From NCBI GenBank assembly GCA_040386275.1, contig JAZKFU010000009.1, positions 22,367 through 86,366 on the forward strand: a stretch of DNA of 64,000 nucleotides, given 5' to 3'. Origin of the DNA: Patescibacteria group bacterium. Its GTDB lineage: Bacteria; Patescibacteriota; Minisyncoccia; Phycocordibacterales; UBA918. Position numbers and translations under genes: made by a program. Below the pieces are notes generated by a model. That model ran no database searches and was not told the DNA's origin. It saw nothing but the letters and a program-made list of their open reading frames with translations. Shown in pieces: positions 45,050 to 56,314 of the stretch; the first letter of the stretch is position 1; every line of letters begins with the position of its first letter.

Positions 45050-45403
45050 ATGAATAACCATGCTACTCATCCATCATCCGTTACGCTCAGACGCGCTATT
45101 ATGCGTCGCGTGTGGTACACGTATATGTTCAGTCTTATCTTGCGGGAAAGTACTGTGTGGGGACTGGCGTTTGGGGGGAGTGTAATTGGGTTTTGGAAAT
45201 TAGTGTCTATCACCAGTATCGTGCAGAATTTCCTGAATGTCCCAGTCGGTCATGTGCCGATGTATGTGCTTAATTCGCTCCTGCAGGCCGAAACCCTCGC
45301 GTTGATTGCCTTTGGCATAATTGTATTTACGGTGTTGTCAGTAGGATTTAAAATTAGTGTGCCAGTTTTTACCCCACGTGCTCAGAAATTCAGTTCGGTC
45401 TAA
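45050..45403 (+). CDS. membrane protein downstream of the ECF sigma (candidate anti-sigma factor)
   Basis: Cytoplasmic N-terminus followed by 2-3 TM helices; the anti-sigma assignment rests on position only. Confidence 0.35.
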   Translation: MNNHATHPSSVTLRRAIMRRVWYTYMFSLILRESTVWGLAFGGSVIGFWKLVSITSIVQNFLNVPVGHVPMYVLNSLLQAETLALIAFGIIVFTVLSVGFKISVPVFTPRAQKFSSV

Positions 45404-45420
45404 TACCTTATACATAACTA

Positions 45421-45454
45421 TAAAAAATCAGCCGGTAGTAGCCGGCTGATTTTT
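45421..45454. terminator. bidirectional intrinsic terminator
   Basis: aaaaaatcagccgg tagt agccggctgattttttaa. Confidence 0.8.
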
Positions 45455-45476
45455 TAATTGGATAGCGGAGTTAGAG

Positions 45477-46559
45477 TTATTTGGTTTCAGCGTGTTCAGC
45501 TTTTAGCGCTGCGCGCACGTGTTTAAGCATCTCATCTTTGAGTTTCGTATTTTCTCTAAGGAATGTTCGGGCAGCATCATAGCCTCGACCCAATTTTTCA
45601 GTAGTTGATTCATCTCCGCCGGGGGGAGTGTATGAGTATGAAGAGCCTGATTTGGTAACAAATTTATACTTTTCCCCGAGAGCAAGAATCTCACCTTCAA
45701 TCGAGATACCTTCATTATAAATAAGGTCAAACTCAGTACTCTTAAATGGAGAAGCTACTTTGTTCTTCACGACCTTAACGCGGTGGCGACCGCCGACAAT
45801 TTCTTCACCCTTTTTAATTTGGGCAATACGACGGATATCGAGACGCACTGAAGTGTAGAACTTAAGCGCCTTTCCACCGGGGGTTGTTTCAGGGTTACCA
45901 AACATAACACCAATCTGCATACGGATTTGGTTAATAAAGATAACTACCGTTTTTGATTTGGCAACAATACTCGTCAGTTTACGTAACGCCTGACTCATCA
46001 ATCGCGCCTGCTTACCCACGTGGTGGGCACCCATTTCACCCTCAATTTCATCGCGGGGAGTAAGGGCAGCTACGGAGTCGATAACAATCACGTCAATTTT
46101 ACCGGTTCTTACGAGAGACTCCACGATTTCAAGCGCTTGTTCACCGTTATCAGGTTGTGAGATTAAGAGTTCATCGAGTTTAACACCGAGGTTCTTGGCG
46201 TACTCTGGGTCCATAGCATGCTCAGCATCGATAAAGGCACAGATACCACCTAACTTTTGTGCTTCAGCAATCGCGTGTAGGGAAAGGGTAGTCTTACCAG
46301 AAGATTCTGGACCATAAATTTCAATAATACGACCGCGGGGGAATCCGCCAATTCCTAACGCTTCATCAAGACCAATCGAGCCAGTCGGGACGACATCAAT
46401 ATCAACCTTACGACTCTCGGACAAGGTCATAATCGCTTCATCACCAAATTTAGTTTTCAGTGCCCGGAGAGTTTCCGCAATATCAGCAATGCCGCCTTCT
46501 TTACTAGTAGCGGCTTCACCAACAACTTTTTTTTCTTTGGCAGCTTTTTTTGGTTTCAT
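45477..46559 (-). CDS. recA: recombinase RecA
   Basis: Walker [24 protein letters not shown] and the overall RecA core. Confidence 0.95.
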   Translation of the reverse strand: MKPKKAAKEKKVVGEAATSKEGGIADIAETLRALKTKFGDEAIMTLSESRKVDIDVVPTGSIGLDEALGIGGFPRGRIIEIYGPESSGKTTLSLHAIAEAQKLGGICAFIDAEHAMDPEYAKNLGVKLDELLISQPDNGEQALEIVESLVRTGKIDVIVIDSVAALTPRDEIEGEMGAHHVGKQARLMSQALRKLTSIVAKSKTVVIFINQIRMQIGVMFGNPETTPGGKALKFYTSVRLDIRRIAQIKKGEEIVGGRHRVKVVKNKVASPFKSTEFDLIYNEGISIEGEILALGEKYKFVTKSGSSYSYTPPGGDESTTEKLGRGYDAARTFLRENTKLKDEMLKHVRAALKAEHAETK

Positions 46560-46576
46560 AGTATAGTTATTTGTAT

Positions 46577-46960
46577 TTACAGAGGAATAATAGAAGTCGG
46601 GGTGTACACAAATTGTTTTACAATACGTTGCGTTCGACCGTAGCGGTCCGTTGCTTGTATGGTAGCTACATTATACCCGTTTTCGAGCACAAGTGCCTCA
46701 TCAAAGTACCCAGTGCGATCGGTAAATATCTGCCGACCATTTAAATTAATGGTACTGATATTACTCGCTTTACCGCGCAAATGAACCACCTGACTATTTT
46801 GGACACTCTCCGGTTCATTAATTAGGGAAAGCTTCGGTCCTTCGAGTAAAAACCGCGCCTGGTACATGACATAGAGCACAATCAGGGTACAGGCCATCAT
46901 AATAATGACAGCGTAGACAATTGAGCGAAATTGGATGTGGGAGCGAAAGATACCGGTCAT
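46577..46960 (-). CDS. hypothetical membrane-anchored protein
   Basis: 127-aa ORF with an N-terminal TM helix. Confidence 0.4.
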   Translation of the reverse strand: MTGIFRSHIQFRSIVYAVIIMMACTLIVLYVMYQARFLLEGPKLSLINEPESVQNSQVVHLRGKASNISTINLNGRQIFTDRTGYFDEALVLENGYNVATIQATDRYGRTQRIVKQFVYTPTSIIPL

Positions 46961-46973
46961 TATTAATCACTAA

Positions 46974-49196
46974 TTACATCCGATTCGTCGTATCAATGTC
47001 ATCTTCCGTATCGTCACTACCACCACCATCACTGCCGAGAATTTCCCGTGGTTTTGAACCGTCAGCCGCACCAATGACGCCGCGATCTTCAAGTAAATCA
47101 ATTAATCGAGCCGCACGCGAGTAGCCGACACGCAACTTTCGTTGAATGTATGAGGTAGAGGCCTTACCCGCTTCAATGACGGCCTGTTTAGCGTCTTCAT
47201 AGAGCTCGTCATCGTCATCACTATCGTCATCGTTAATCATGCCAATAAAGCTGTCTCCCGAACCGCCTGATTTTTCATCAAGGTTAATTGAATCAAGAGA
47301 GTGGGCACTATCTTGCATCTTGAGGTACGACACCACGTTCTTAATTTCATCTTCAGAAATAAAGGCCGCTTGCAACCGCACTGGCTTGGGGGAATCACTC
47401 GAGAGATACAACATGTCACCCTTACCAAGCAATTTTTCTGCTCCCACACCATCTAAAATGGTCCGCGAGTCAATCTGAGAGGCAACATTTAAGGCGATAC
47501 GAGTCGGGATGTTGGCTTTAATGGTACCGGTAATAACGTTTACCGATGGGCGTTGGGTCGCAAGGATAAGGTGAATACCCACCGCGCGGGACATTTGAGC
47601 CAAACGCACGATAGCCGCTTCTAGTTCCCGAGGGTAGGCATGCATAAGGTCCGCCAGCTCGTCCATCAAAATCACAATGTACGGAAGGGGTTCAGGAAGA
47701 TTAACTAATTCTTCTTCGGGTGAACCTTTAGCTTCCCACGCTTTTTTCGCTGGTTTGTATACGTTGGCGTGGTACGAGTCGAGATTCTGGATTTTTTCGG
47801 TCTGGAGAATGTCGTACCGGCGTTCCATTTCCTTGATAGCCCACTTAAGCATCATCAAGGCTTTTTTAGCTTCTACAATTACGGGCGCAAGCAAGTGTGG
47901 GATACCCTCATATAATGTAAGTTCTACGCGCTTTGGGTCCACCATAAAAAATCGCAGCTGGTCCGGTGAATTGCGGAACAAAAGAGAAATCACCAAGTTG
48001 TGCATGGTAATAGATTTTCCAGACCCAGTGGTACCGGCAACCAAGGCATGGGGCATCCGGGCAATGTTCGCAAAGTGCGCATTGCCCGTTACATCTTTCC
48101 CTAACGCTACATACAGTGGATGTGGGGAATCGGTGTATTCCGGTGTCTTAAGTAGTGACGCAAGACCAATCGTAGAACGGGTGAGGTTTGGAATTTCGAT
48201 ACCCACCAGTGACTTCCCAGGAATCGGTGCTTCGATACGTAATGTACCTGATGAGAGGTTCAACTGGAGTTCTTGTTGCAACCCGACGATACGCGCAATC
48301 TTTACCCCTTGAGCGGGCTTCAATGCATAGCGACTGATAGTCGGTCCAATCTCCACCGCATCCATTTCTACGTGAATGCCAAATTCCTTGAGGGTTCGTT
48401 TAATAATATTAGCGTTAGCTTTTACGTCACCGGTTTGTGGTTTCCCCTGATCCTTCTTTAAGAGTGAAAGTGACGGGGGAGCGTACGTTCCTGAAAACGT
48501 CGACACCACAAAATCTGCCCTCGGTGCATTCCCGAGACCGAGCTTATCGGATACTTTTTGCATGGTTGGTCGTTTTGCCACCGCTGTGGCATCGGGAGCA
48601 TTTTCCTCTTCGAGCAACTCGTCAAAATCTTCTTCAGACTCCGGACCAGTTTGCAGGACCAAGTTCTCGATATCTGATTCGTCGTCGAGAGTCTGTTCGC
48701 GTCCCATCTGTGGAAGTCGTAACCCAGTATTAAAAATGAGGAACCCAGAAATTAATATTAACCCTCCCAAAATCACTCCCGCTACCGACGCCCCAAATAA
48801 ATACGATAGGGGAGCCAAGAGCACCCACCCGACCATCCCACCCCACTCGGTTACCGAGATTTCCAAAATCCCCAAGAGTGAAATAAACAATAATCCAATA
48901 CCAGTGATCTTCGACATACTCACCTCCTCGTTATCTTTAGGATTTAACAACGCGTACACGTAAAAGGCACAGACCATGGGAGCAAGATAAGCTCCGGTTC
49001 CAAATAGCCAGTAGAGGGAAATCTGAGTCCATGACCCCACCACCCCGCCATACTCAAACAGGGCAGCTGCAAAGAAAATACCGACGGTCGTAAGTAACAC
49101 CGCCCCGATCGCTTGCCGAGCTTGGGGACTGAGGTCCTCAAAAAACGGCTTCGATTCTTTTACCTTCTCAACTTTTTTCGGTCCTCGTTTGCCCAT
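46974..49196 (-). CDS. ftsK: DNA translocase FtsK/SpoIIIE
   Basis: Four N-terminal TM helices, an acidic linker, a motor domain with Walker A GTTGSGKS, and a C-terminal gamma wHTH. Confidence 0.9.
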   Translation of the reverse strand: MGKRGPKKVEKVKESKPFFEDLSPQARQAIGAVLLTTVGIFFAAALFEYGGVVGSWTQISLYWLFGTGAYLAPMVCAFYVYALLNPKDNEEVSMSKITGIGLLFISLLGILEISVTEWGGMVGWVLLAPLSYLFGASVAGVILGGLILISGFLIFNTGLRLPQMGREQTLDDESDIENLVLQTGPESEEDFDELLEEENAPDATAVAKRPTMQKVSDKLGLGNAPRADFVVSTFSGTYAPPSLSLLKKDQGKPQTGDVKANANIIKRTLKEFGIHVEMDAVEIGPTISRYALKPAQGVKIARIVGLQQELQLNLSSGTLRIEAPIPGKSLVGIEIPNLTRSTIGLASLLKTPEYTDSPHPLYVALGKDVTGNAHFANIARMPHALVAGTTGSGKSITMHNLVISLLFRNSPDQLRFFMVDPKRVELTLYEGIPHLLAPVIVEAKKALMMLKWAIKEMERRYDILQTEKIQNLDSYHANVYKPAKKAWEAKGSPEEELVNLPEPLPYIVILMDELADLMHAYPRELEAAIVRLAQMSRAVGIHLILATQRPSVNVITGTIKANIPTRIALNVASQIDSRTILDGVGAEKLLGKGDMLYLSSDSPKPVRLQAAFISEDEIKNVVSYLKMQDSAHSLDSINLDEKSGGSGDSFIGMINDDDSDDDDELYEDAKQAVIEAGKASTSYIQRKLRVGYSRAARLIDLLEDRGVIGAADGSKPREILGSDGGGSDDTEDDIDTTNRM

Positions 49197-49212
49197 GTAG
49201 TGAAATGAAGAA

Positions 49213-49310
49213 ATGAGCGCCAGCGATTATTCTGAATTTCGTTCCGAGTTTGCCCCTTTCCCTAGGGCAAACTCCTTGAACTTGTAATCGTTGCTAGCGA
49301 CTCATTTTGT
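49213..49310. repeat. intergenic repeat family A, copy 3 (abuts the ftsK start codon)
   Basis: aaatgagcgccagcgattattctgaa..ccGAGTTTGCCCctttccctaGGGCAAACTCcttgaac..atcgttg. Confidence 0.8.
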
Positions 49311-49545
49311 ACTAATGCTAATAAATTTTCTGCCTAATATATGCGCGCATTATATCACTAAATATGACTATTATCTGTGTATATAATGAGGCGCGTAAGC
49401 ACTCAAAGACACTTGTCATCTTCACTATTCCATATCCAATTTTCTAACTCCCACCCGTGTCCTTTTCTTGCTTTTTGTCTAAAATGTCCTTATAATACAA
49501 GTGTCTTTAATCTATTAGACAGAGCAAAATCTTATAAGACATATC

Positions 49546-50268
49546 ATGACTATGAATACGTATAACCCAAACGACAGTCTCATATCACTCAAACGTTTGT
49601 CTGCAAATGATGACTATTATAATATCGTTTTCAAAAAGACAGAGCGTGTCGCATCTGCAGTCTTTTATATTTTGGCTCATGTTGATTTAAATGATCGGAC
49701 CAAAGTCCATTACTCAAATCTAAGCGACAAAGCGATGGCCCTTCACGAAGCAGTAATTGCTTCCCTCAACTTATATGAGTACGAAGCCAGGGACAAAATC
49801 TACACCGTCCAACAAGCTCTCGTTGTACTCCAAAGTGCTCTCCATCTTGCAGCGGCTTCTCAACTCATTACTCCTGATATGGAAGGAGTCGTCGCCGAGG
49901 AAACAGACGTCGTGTTACGGTATATCCGCAACCACTACATTAACCCCGCTGCCAGTCCGGTCTCGATTGCTCCACAAGCACCCAAACCTAAAGCGACACC
50001 TAAAGCTTCTCGTCGCGCTCGACCCAATATCCCATCCAATGACTTTAGTTCAGATGCTGTCCTTGTCTACAGTGATTTGTCCGATAGAACATCTCGTATC
50101 AAAACTGTCCTTGATGCCAAACCAGAAGCTACTATCAAAGACCTATCTGAAATTATCACCGACGTGAGTACAAAGACAATTCAAAGAGACTTAAACAGTC
50201 TCATAGAAAGTGGAGAAGTAATAAGGCAAGGTGAACGACGTTGGTCGAAGTACTCAATCAATAAATAA
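49546..50268 (+). CDS. hypothetical protein with C-terminal winged-HTH (DeoR-like) DNA-binding domain
   Basis: C-terminus TIKDLSEIITDVSTKTIQRDLNSLIESGEVIRQG. Confidence 0.45.
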   Translation: MTMNTYNPNDSLISLKRLSANDDYYNIVFKKTERVASAVFYILAHVDLNDRTKVHYSNLSDKAMALHEAVIASLNLYEYEARDKIYTVQQALVVLQSALHLAAASQLITPDMEGVVAEETDVVLRYIRNHYINPAASPVSIAPQAPKPKATPKASRRARPNIPSNDFSSDAVLVYSDLSDRTSRIKTVLDAKPEATIKDLSEIITDVSTKTIQRDLNSLIESGEVIRQGERRWSKYSINK

Positions 50269-50855
50269 AAGACAAAGTCGTGACTGCGCTAACAGTCACG
50301 TCTTTGTTTGTCTTTAATCTTCATATGATGCAATTGTGGCTACTAGTAGTGAGAGTAGGGTCGTCTCATAGAAGTGCCCTTTGCTTTCTCCGTACGTTTT
50401 CATTATGTGAATGTGACAGATATATGTATACGCACTCTCAACTGTGTATAGAGAAATAGTCAGTAGTACTTGGTAAGACTACTCATCTTCACTCGTCATA
50501 GATACCAGAGCAAGAATTTTGTATGGCCAATTGAGCGTTAGAAGTAACGCTTTCCCCAGACTAAAAACTCGCTATTTTCCAATTAGTTGCTATACTATTT
50601 GGTATGCGCTTAGGCGCTTTTTTCCTAGCCTGACTAAGCGTCACCGTTAGAGAATAAAGCACCAACCAAGGCGTTCTATGATCTTTGACAACTAGAGAGT
50701 TCGAATGCCCTCTACACATATCAAATACAAAATCCAACCTAGTGTTGGTAATTTCCGCATTACCTTATCCCGCCCTGTCTGCCTATCTGCCGCACCCTTT
50801 CATTACAGCTAACCTCTCAGTATGGGCGTAATACACCTATATATGAGAGTTAGTG

Positions 50856-50898
50856 ATATTACATAACGAGGTGACTCGTTATGAATATGAATTAATTC
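50856..50898. promoter_or_regulatory. two adjacent perfect palindromes upstream of the surface-protein gene
   Basis: cataacgag gtga ctcgttatg (9-bp arms) and atatgaatt|aattcatat (18-bp palindrome). Confidence 0.4.
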
Positions 50899-50977
50899 AT
50901 ATTATCAGTATTAGCCGGTCCCGCTAATGGGACATAACCGCGTTGTTAACAAACGCACAAAACAAAAAATTATAATT

Positions 50978-52936
50978 ATGACGAATACAAAAACTGTAGC
51001 ATCAAAGGCTTTCGTAGCCATTGTTGCTGCTGCTATGGTGTTCTCTCTGATTGCTCCAGCTGCTAAGGCTGCAACAGCAGAAGAACTACAAGCACAAATC
51101 GCTGCTTTGATGGCACAGATTGCTGCGCTACAAGGTGGAACAACTACAACAACTACTACTACAACTAGTACTTGCGTAGCTATTCCTGCACCACTTACAA
51201 TGAACGCTTCAGGCGCTAGTGTAACTGCGTTGCAAAACTTTCTTATCGGCGCTGGACAATCAATTCCAGCAGGAGCTACCGGATACTTCGGAGCACAAAC
51301 TCGTTCAGCTCTTGCCGCTTGGCAATCAGCTAACGGGGTTATGCCAGCTGTAGGGTACTATGGTCCAATCACAGCTGCAGCAGTTGCTGCTAAGTGTGTA
51401 CCAACAACACCTACAACTCCAACAACACCTACAACTCCAACAACACCAGGTGGATCAACTGATCTACAAGGTGAAGCTTCACTTGATAACTTCGAACTCG
51501 AAGATGGTGAATCTACAATTGAAGAAGGTGATGAAGAACAAGTAGTTGGTGAACTCACAGTTGAGTTTGCTGATGGAGACGCTGAAATTTCACGTCTTGA
51601 CTTCACTATTGAGTCAGATGATGCAGGCGCAAGTCCATGGGATGCCTTTGAAACTCTATCACTTTGGGTAGATGGTGACATGGTAGCCGAATTTGACGCT
51701 GCTGATGAAGACAATTACCTAGATGAAGATACAGGCGAATTCCGATTCTCAGATCTTGATATCGTAGCTATGGAAGACGAAGAAATGGAAATTTCTATCG
51801 GCGCTACAGTTATGAACAATCTTGACGCTGAAGAACTTAGTGAATGGACAATTACCCCAACAGCAATGCGATTCTTCGACGCTGATGGTGTAGCTTCTAC
51901 AGAAACTTCAGGTCTTGACGGAACAGCAGTATTCGATGTTGAAGTAGCTGGAGCTGACGAAGAAATCAAGGTATCTCTTGGTTCAGCAAACCCAGATGCA
52001 ACAGATATCGTTGTTGACACAGATTCAGACACAAGTGATGTAACAATCATGGTTGCTGATATCGAAGCTGAAGACAATGATATTGAACTCAGTAAGGTAG
52101 TAGTTCGAATCGACACTGGTTCAGCTTCTACATCTGATGTTATCGATGAAGTTCGAGCTATTATCGATGGTGAAGAATTCACAGCAGAAGCAGTAAACGG
52201 AACTGGAGCTCCAACAGGTTTGGACTCAAAGAACGTTACTTCAGCTGGAACTTCAACATGGTATGTGTTTGATATCGATGGTGACATCACTATTGATGCA
52301 GATTCAGAAGTTGAAATGGAAGTAGTTGTTGACTTTAACGACACAGATGACGGTGTTCGTTACGCTAACGGTACTACTATCAAAGCTTCTGTTACACAAA
52401 CAGAACGAGAACTTTGGGAAGGAGAAGGTGCTGATGATCTTGCAGCTGGTCAGTTCACTGGTTCAGCAGTAGGAGATGAACACACTCTAGTTGCCGAAGG
52501 TATTCTTGTACCAGTAGATGGTTTCACTTCAGAAACTGATACACAAGGACAAGATGATACAACAGGTGTATTTACACTTGAGTTCGAAGTAACAGCTGTT
52601 GAAGGTGATTTCTACATCACAGACAACGCTACTACTTCAACTGCCGTAACTAACGGAGTTGTATACTCAGTAACTGGTGGAACTGCTGCTACTTTGACAC
52701 AAAGTCTTACATCAACAGCTGATGAAGATTCAGTTGGAGTATTCACAGTACGTGAAGGAGAAACAGAAACATTCACTCTTGTAGTAAATGCAACTGTAGC
52801 TGCTTCAGCATCACTACGAGTACAGCTTGACGAAATCTGGTTCTCAGCTAACGCTGACGGTACAACTTCTAGCGAAGCATACTTGCCAACACCAGTTTCA
52901 GATTACCGATCTTCACCACAATCAATCAACAGTTAA
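50978..52936 (+). CDS. secreted acidic surface protein with peptidoglycan-binding (PG_binding_1-like) domain and Thr-Pro linker repeats
   Basis: Signal peptide; SGASVTALQNFLIGAG....GATGYFGAQTRSALAAWQSANGV; (TTP)n; a long Asp/Glu-rich region. Confidence 0.6.
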   Translation: MTNTKTVASKAFVAIVAAAMVFSLIAPAAKAATAEELQAQIAALMAQIAALQGGTTTTTTTTTSTCVAIPAPLTMNASGASVTALQNFLIGAGQSIPAGATGYFGAQTRSALAAWQSANGVMPAVGYYGPITAAAVAAKCVPTTPTTPTTPTTPTTPGGSTDLQGEASLDNFELEDGESTIEEGDEEQVVGELTVEFADGDAEISRLDFTIESDDAGASPWDAFETLSLWVDGDMVAEFDAADEDNYLDEDTGEFRFSDLDIVAMEDEEMEISIGATVMNNLDAEELSEWTITPTAMRFFDADGVASTETSGLDGTAVFDVEVAGADEEIKVSLGSANPDATDIVVDTDSDTSDVTIMVADIEAEDNDIELSKVVVRIDTGSASTSDVIDEVRAIIDGEEFTAEAVNGTGAPTGLDSKNVTSAGTSTWYVFDIDGDITIDADSEVEMEVVVDFNDTDDGVRYANGTTIKASVTQTERELWEGEGADDLAAGQFTGSAVGDEHTLVAEGILVPVDGFTSETDTQGQDDTTGVFTLEFEVTAVEGDFYITDNATTSTAVTNGVVYSVTGGTAATLTQSLTSTADEDSVGVFTVREGETETFTLVVNATVAASASLRVQLDEIWFSANADGTTSSEAYLPTPVSDYRSSPQSINS

Positions 52937-52988
52937 TCTCTGATTAACTACTTGATTTGAATGTGAAAGTTCATAATCAAAGCTAAAC

Positions 52989-53016
52989 AAAAGCCCCCGC
53001 AAGGGGGCTTTTGTTG
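52989..53016 (+). terminator. intrinsic terminator
   Basis: aaaagccccc gcaa gggggcttttgttg. Confidence 0.8.
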
Positions 53017-53316
53017 TGTCTGGAGAATTGAAGGAGGGAAGTAGGGTGCAATAATAAACTCAAAAACCAACCTACCAGGGTTGGTTTTTGTTATTTATAT
53101 ACAGTAATATCCAGTATTTATACAAAAGTTATGCACAATGTTATACACATAGTTATAAAATAGGCATATATTCTAACGTAAGCTAAGCCTCCCTTAGATG
53201 CTCATAAATCCCGGGTGATCCCCCGCTGTAATCTTTTAGGAGTCAAAATAAGTTATAGAGAACAACATCGACAATTACATAAAGCAGGAATATACTTTAA
53301 TCATCTTAAAGGCAGT

Positions 53317-55881
53317 ATGAAGAAATATCTCTTCACAACACGAGCCCTTCATATTTTCTCATATTTCTCCGTTCCTTTGTTTTTATTTGGACTCACATTC
53401 ATTGTGAGCTTTTTTATACCGTTTGAATCAGTGCAGGCAAAAGTTCTATTTGAACAAAGTAAAACGGGAACCGCGTATGATATTTTTAAAGCTGAAGGGC
53501 ATAATACTGCTTTAGCACAAAGGTTACCTCAATACAGTGGCACACCGCCGGTATTGAATTCAAGCGGAACAATATCATATCGAGGTACTGCAGAGTGGGT
53601 GAGATTAAAAAGAATTTCTGGCGTAGAGTGCGACACACGCGTCTGGCTCACTCTGAGTGAACCCGATGGTGTAACTCGTATTGGCGATGATGTTTTATAC
53701 GGCAGACAAAATGGTGAATTCTGTGATTTTAAAATCACTGGTCCAAATCGAACAGATGGGAAAGTTGGCATTATACACATTTGTTATAACGGTCAATGTA
53801 GTTTTTCTGACAATTTTATCTTGGATGGTTCAAGAGAGAATGAAGGGTATGTATCTGACGGTTATTACAACTCTCCTGAATCAGGAGGTTGGGCGTTTCA
53901 AATATGCGACATAGACGGCTGTGAAGGCGGGTTTGAACCCGTAGCGACTACCACAGCCACCAGCACCGGCGCCAGTAGCGTACTGTTCTTGCCAGGTATT
54001 CAAGCCAGCCGGTTGTATACGGATGGTGGTTCAGGTACTGAGGATCAAATATGGGTGCCAAATATTGATGCCGATGTTGAAAAGCTCAGGATGACATCAT
54101 CGGGGTTGAGTTTAAATGACATTTACACTAGAGATGTTTTAGACGAACTAGCGTTACCTTATGCGGGTATTAACGTATATAAGGGGTTCATGAGTCTTAT
54201 GGATGAATTAAAGGAGACAGAAGTAATAAAAGACTGGGAGCCTTTTGCGTATGATTGGCGATACGATGTAGAGGAAATAGCAAAAAATGGAACAAAATAT
54301 CAAAATGAAGTAAAAAGTCTCGTTGCAGAAGTGGAGCGACTCGCCTCAAGTTCTTATTCTGGTAAAGTAACTATCATAGGACATTCTAATGGGGGATTGG
54401 TAGGAAAGATGCTTATTTCAGAGTTAGAACGTCAAGGGCAGGAGGAATTAGTGGATAAGCTGGTTATGATTGGAACCCCGCAATTAGGCGCCCCTAAAGC
54501 AGCTTTGGTAATGCTCCATGGGTATGATCAAAAAGCAGTATTTGGATTAGTAGTAAATGATACTACTGCAAGAGATGTGATGAAAAATTTACCGGGCACT
54601 TATGGTTTATTGCCCTCAAATGAATATTTTATAAAAAGTGGTGACACTCTAATTTCTTCTGATAATTCAGTTACAACTGCAAGTATTGGAGCGTATGGAC
54701 CAATTAATTCATATACTTCGATGAACTACTTACTTACGGATTCATTAAATAACCGAAATGACGAGGTGCCAATTAATGAGCCTAGCACCTTAAATAATAA
54801 TCTTTTGCAATATTCTATTAGCTTAAAACAAAACCTCGATTCTTGGTTACCTCCAGATAATGTAGAAATATATGAAGTTGTAGGGACGGGCAATCCCACA
54901 ATTAGAGGTGTGCAATATCAAAGTTTCCCATGCAGGCTAGGTTTTCTTACCTGCGAGACAGGAAGTTATATGAAAGCCGTACCTATTTTTACAAGTAGTG
55001 GTGATGAGACTGTACCAATTGTTTCAGCATCGGGACAAGATGGAAATAAAGTGACAGGGATAATAGATTTAATTGCAGAAGCGCCAAACACCTTAATACG
55101 ACCCTATAAACATATGAATCTTACCGAAAGTCCAACCGTACAATCTTTTATTGAATCAATCGTTAAGTTTCCATATTTGAGTCAGACTTTAGAAATACCA
55201 GAATATGCAAATGTGGCACGCAATTTTAAAATCATTGGAGTACATTCGCCTGTCTCATTAGTGATTACAGATAGTTTGGGTGAAAAAGTCGGCAAAATTG
55301 GAAATGAAGTAAAAGAAGAAATTGTTGGTTCTCAATATCTTGATTTAGGGGATAGCTCCTATGTAATTATCCCAGACGATATTTTATTTGAAGCAGAGAT
55401 TAAGGGACAAGCAACAGGTACATATTCAATTACAGTTGATACTTTAAAAAATCATAATCAAACACAAACATTCCGATATATTGGCGCTAGTTCTACTCCA
55501 GAAATGAAGGCTGCTTTTAGCTTTGCCACTTCAGGATACACAAACATTAAGACAGATATTAATAATGATGGTCTAACAGATTTAGAGCAGACTTTAAACG
55601 GACAAGTTATTTTACCTCCAGCTTTATACTCTTATCCGCTTTTGAAAACTAACATAAAAGCTTTAAAGTTATCAAAAGTATTAGAAACCGTACTTTTAGT
55701 ACAAGTTGATGCGGCTTTGTATTGGGATACGCTCACTCCTGCAAAACCAGCTTATCAGAAACCAGAATTTGCAGCACTAGATACACTTAAGGCTACGTTG
55801 TTAGTTTATAAACAGAAAAAATATATTACACCAATGCAGTACAGTGCTTTAGAAATAATAGTTTATAATTTAAGAAAATAA
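53317..55881 (+). CDS. secreted alpha/beta-hydrolase (LCAT/PGAP1-like lipase/esterase domain) protein
   Basis: Signal/TM; GHSNGG nucleophile elbow in VTIIGHSNGGLVGKML; a large C-terminal extension. Confidence 0.55.
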   Translation: MKKYLFTTRALHIFSYFSVPLFLFGLTFIVSFFIPFESVQAKVLFEQSKTGTAYDIFKAEGHNTALAQRLPQYSGTPPVLNSSGTISYRGTAEWVRLKRISGVECDTRVWLTLSEPDGVTRIGDDVLYGRQNGEFCDFKITGPNRTDGKVGIIHICYNGQCSFSDNFILDGSRENEGYVSDGYYNSPESGGWAFQICDIDGCEGGFEPVATTTATSTGASSVLFLPGIQASRLYTDGGSGTEDQIWVPNIDADVEKLRMTSSGLSLNDIYTRDVLDELALPYAGINVYKGFMSLMDELKETEVIKDWEPFAYDWRYDVEEIAKNGTKYQNEVKSLVAEVERLASSSYSGKVTIIGHSNGGLVGKMLISELERQGQEELVDKLVMIGTPQLGAPKAALVMLHGYDQKAVFGLVVNDTTARDVMKNLPGTYGLLPSNEYFIKSGDTLISSDNSVTTASIGAYGPINSYTSMNYLLTDSLNNRNDEVPINEPSTLNNNLLQYSISLKQNLDSWLPPDNVEIYEVVGTGNPTIRGVQYQSFPCRLGFLTCETGSYMKAVPIFTSSGDETVPIVSASGQDGNKVTGIIDLIAEAPNTLIRPYKHMNLTESPTVQSFIESIVKFPYLSQTLEIPEYANVARNFKIIGVHSPVSLVITDSLGEKVGKIGNEVKEEIVGSQYLDLGDSSYVIIPDDILFEAEIKGQATGTYSITVDTLKNHNQTQTFRYIGASSTPEMKAAFSFATSGYTNIKTDINNDGLTDLEQTLNGQVILPPALYSYPLLKTNIKALKLSKVLETVLLVQVDAALYWDTLTPAKPAYQKPEFAALDTLKATLLVYKQKKYITPMQYSALEIIVYNLRK

Positions 55882-55883
55882 AT

Positions 55884-56276
55884 ATGCGCTTAATAACAAA
55901 TAAAAAATTCTTTTTAAGTTCAGTATTACTCGTTCTGTGTCTTTTTGTATACGATTATTTAGTTATAGAATCTATATCAGATAGTATAAAAAAATATTAT
56001 TATGAAGAGTATTTACGAATATTATTATATTTTTCAATTTCGGTAGCCGTTTCTTCAGGAGTTTTAATTTTCTTCAATAACGTGATTTTTGAAAAATGGT
56101 TAAAAAAAATCATTAGTTGGTATTTGCCTTTTGCAGCTATAATAACTTCAACAGGTAGTGAAGGTTCGTTTATTAATCCAGGAAAAGACGATCTCGCATT
56201 GTTTTTTAGTTGGCTACTATTGGGAGTAACATTACTTTTTATTCTCGTTCAAAAGTTTTATTTTAAGGTTAAATAA
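55884..56276 (+). CDS. hypothetical membrane protein (very AT-rich)
   Basis: 130-aa ORF with 3-4 TM helices. Confidence 0.4.
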   Translation: MRLITNKKFFLSSVLLVLCLFVYDYLVIESISDSIKKYYYEEYLRILLYFSISVAVSSGVLIFFNNVIFEKWLKKIISWYLPFAAIITSTGSEGSFINPGKDDLALFFSWLLLGVTLLFILVQKFYFKVK

Positions 56277-56314
56277 CTTTTAAAAAACACAATCCATACG
56301 TTATACTTATCCGA

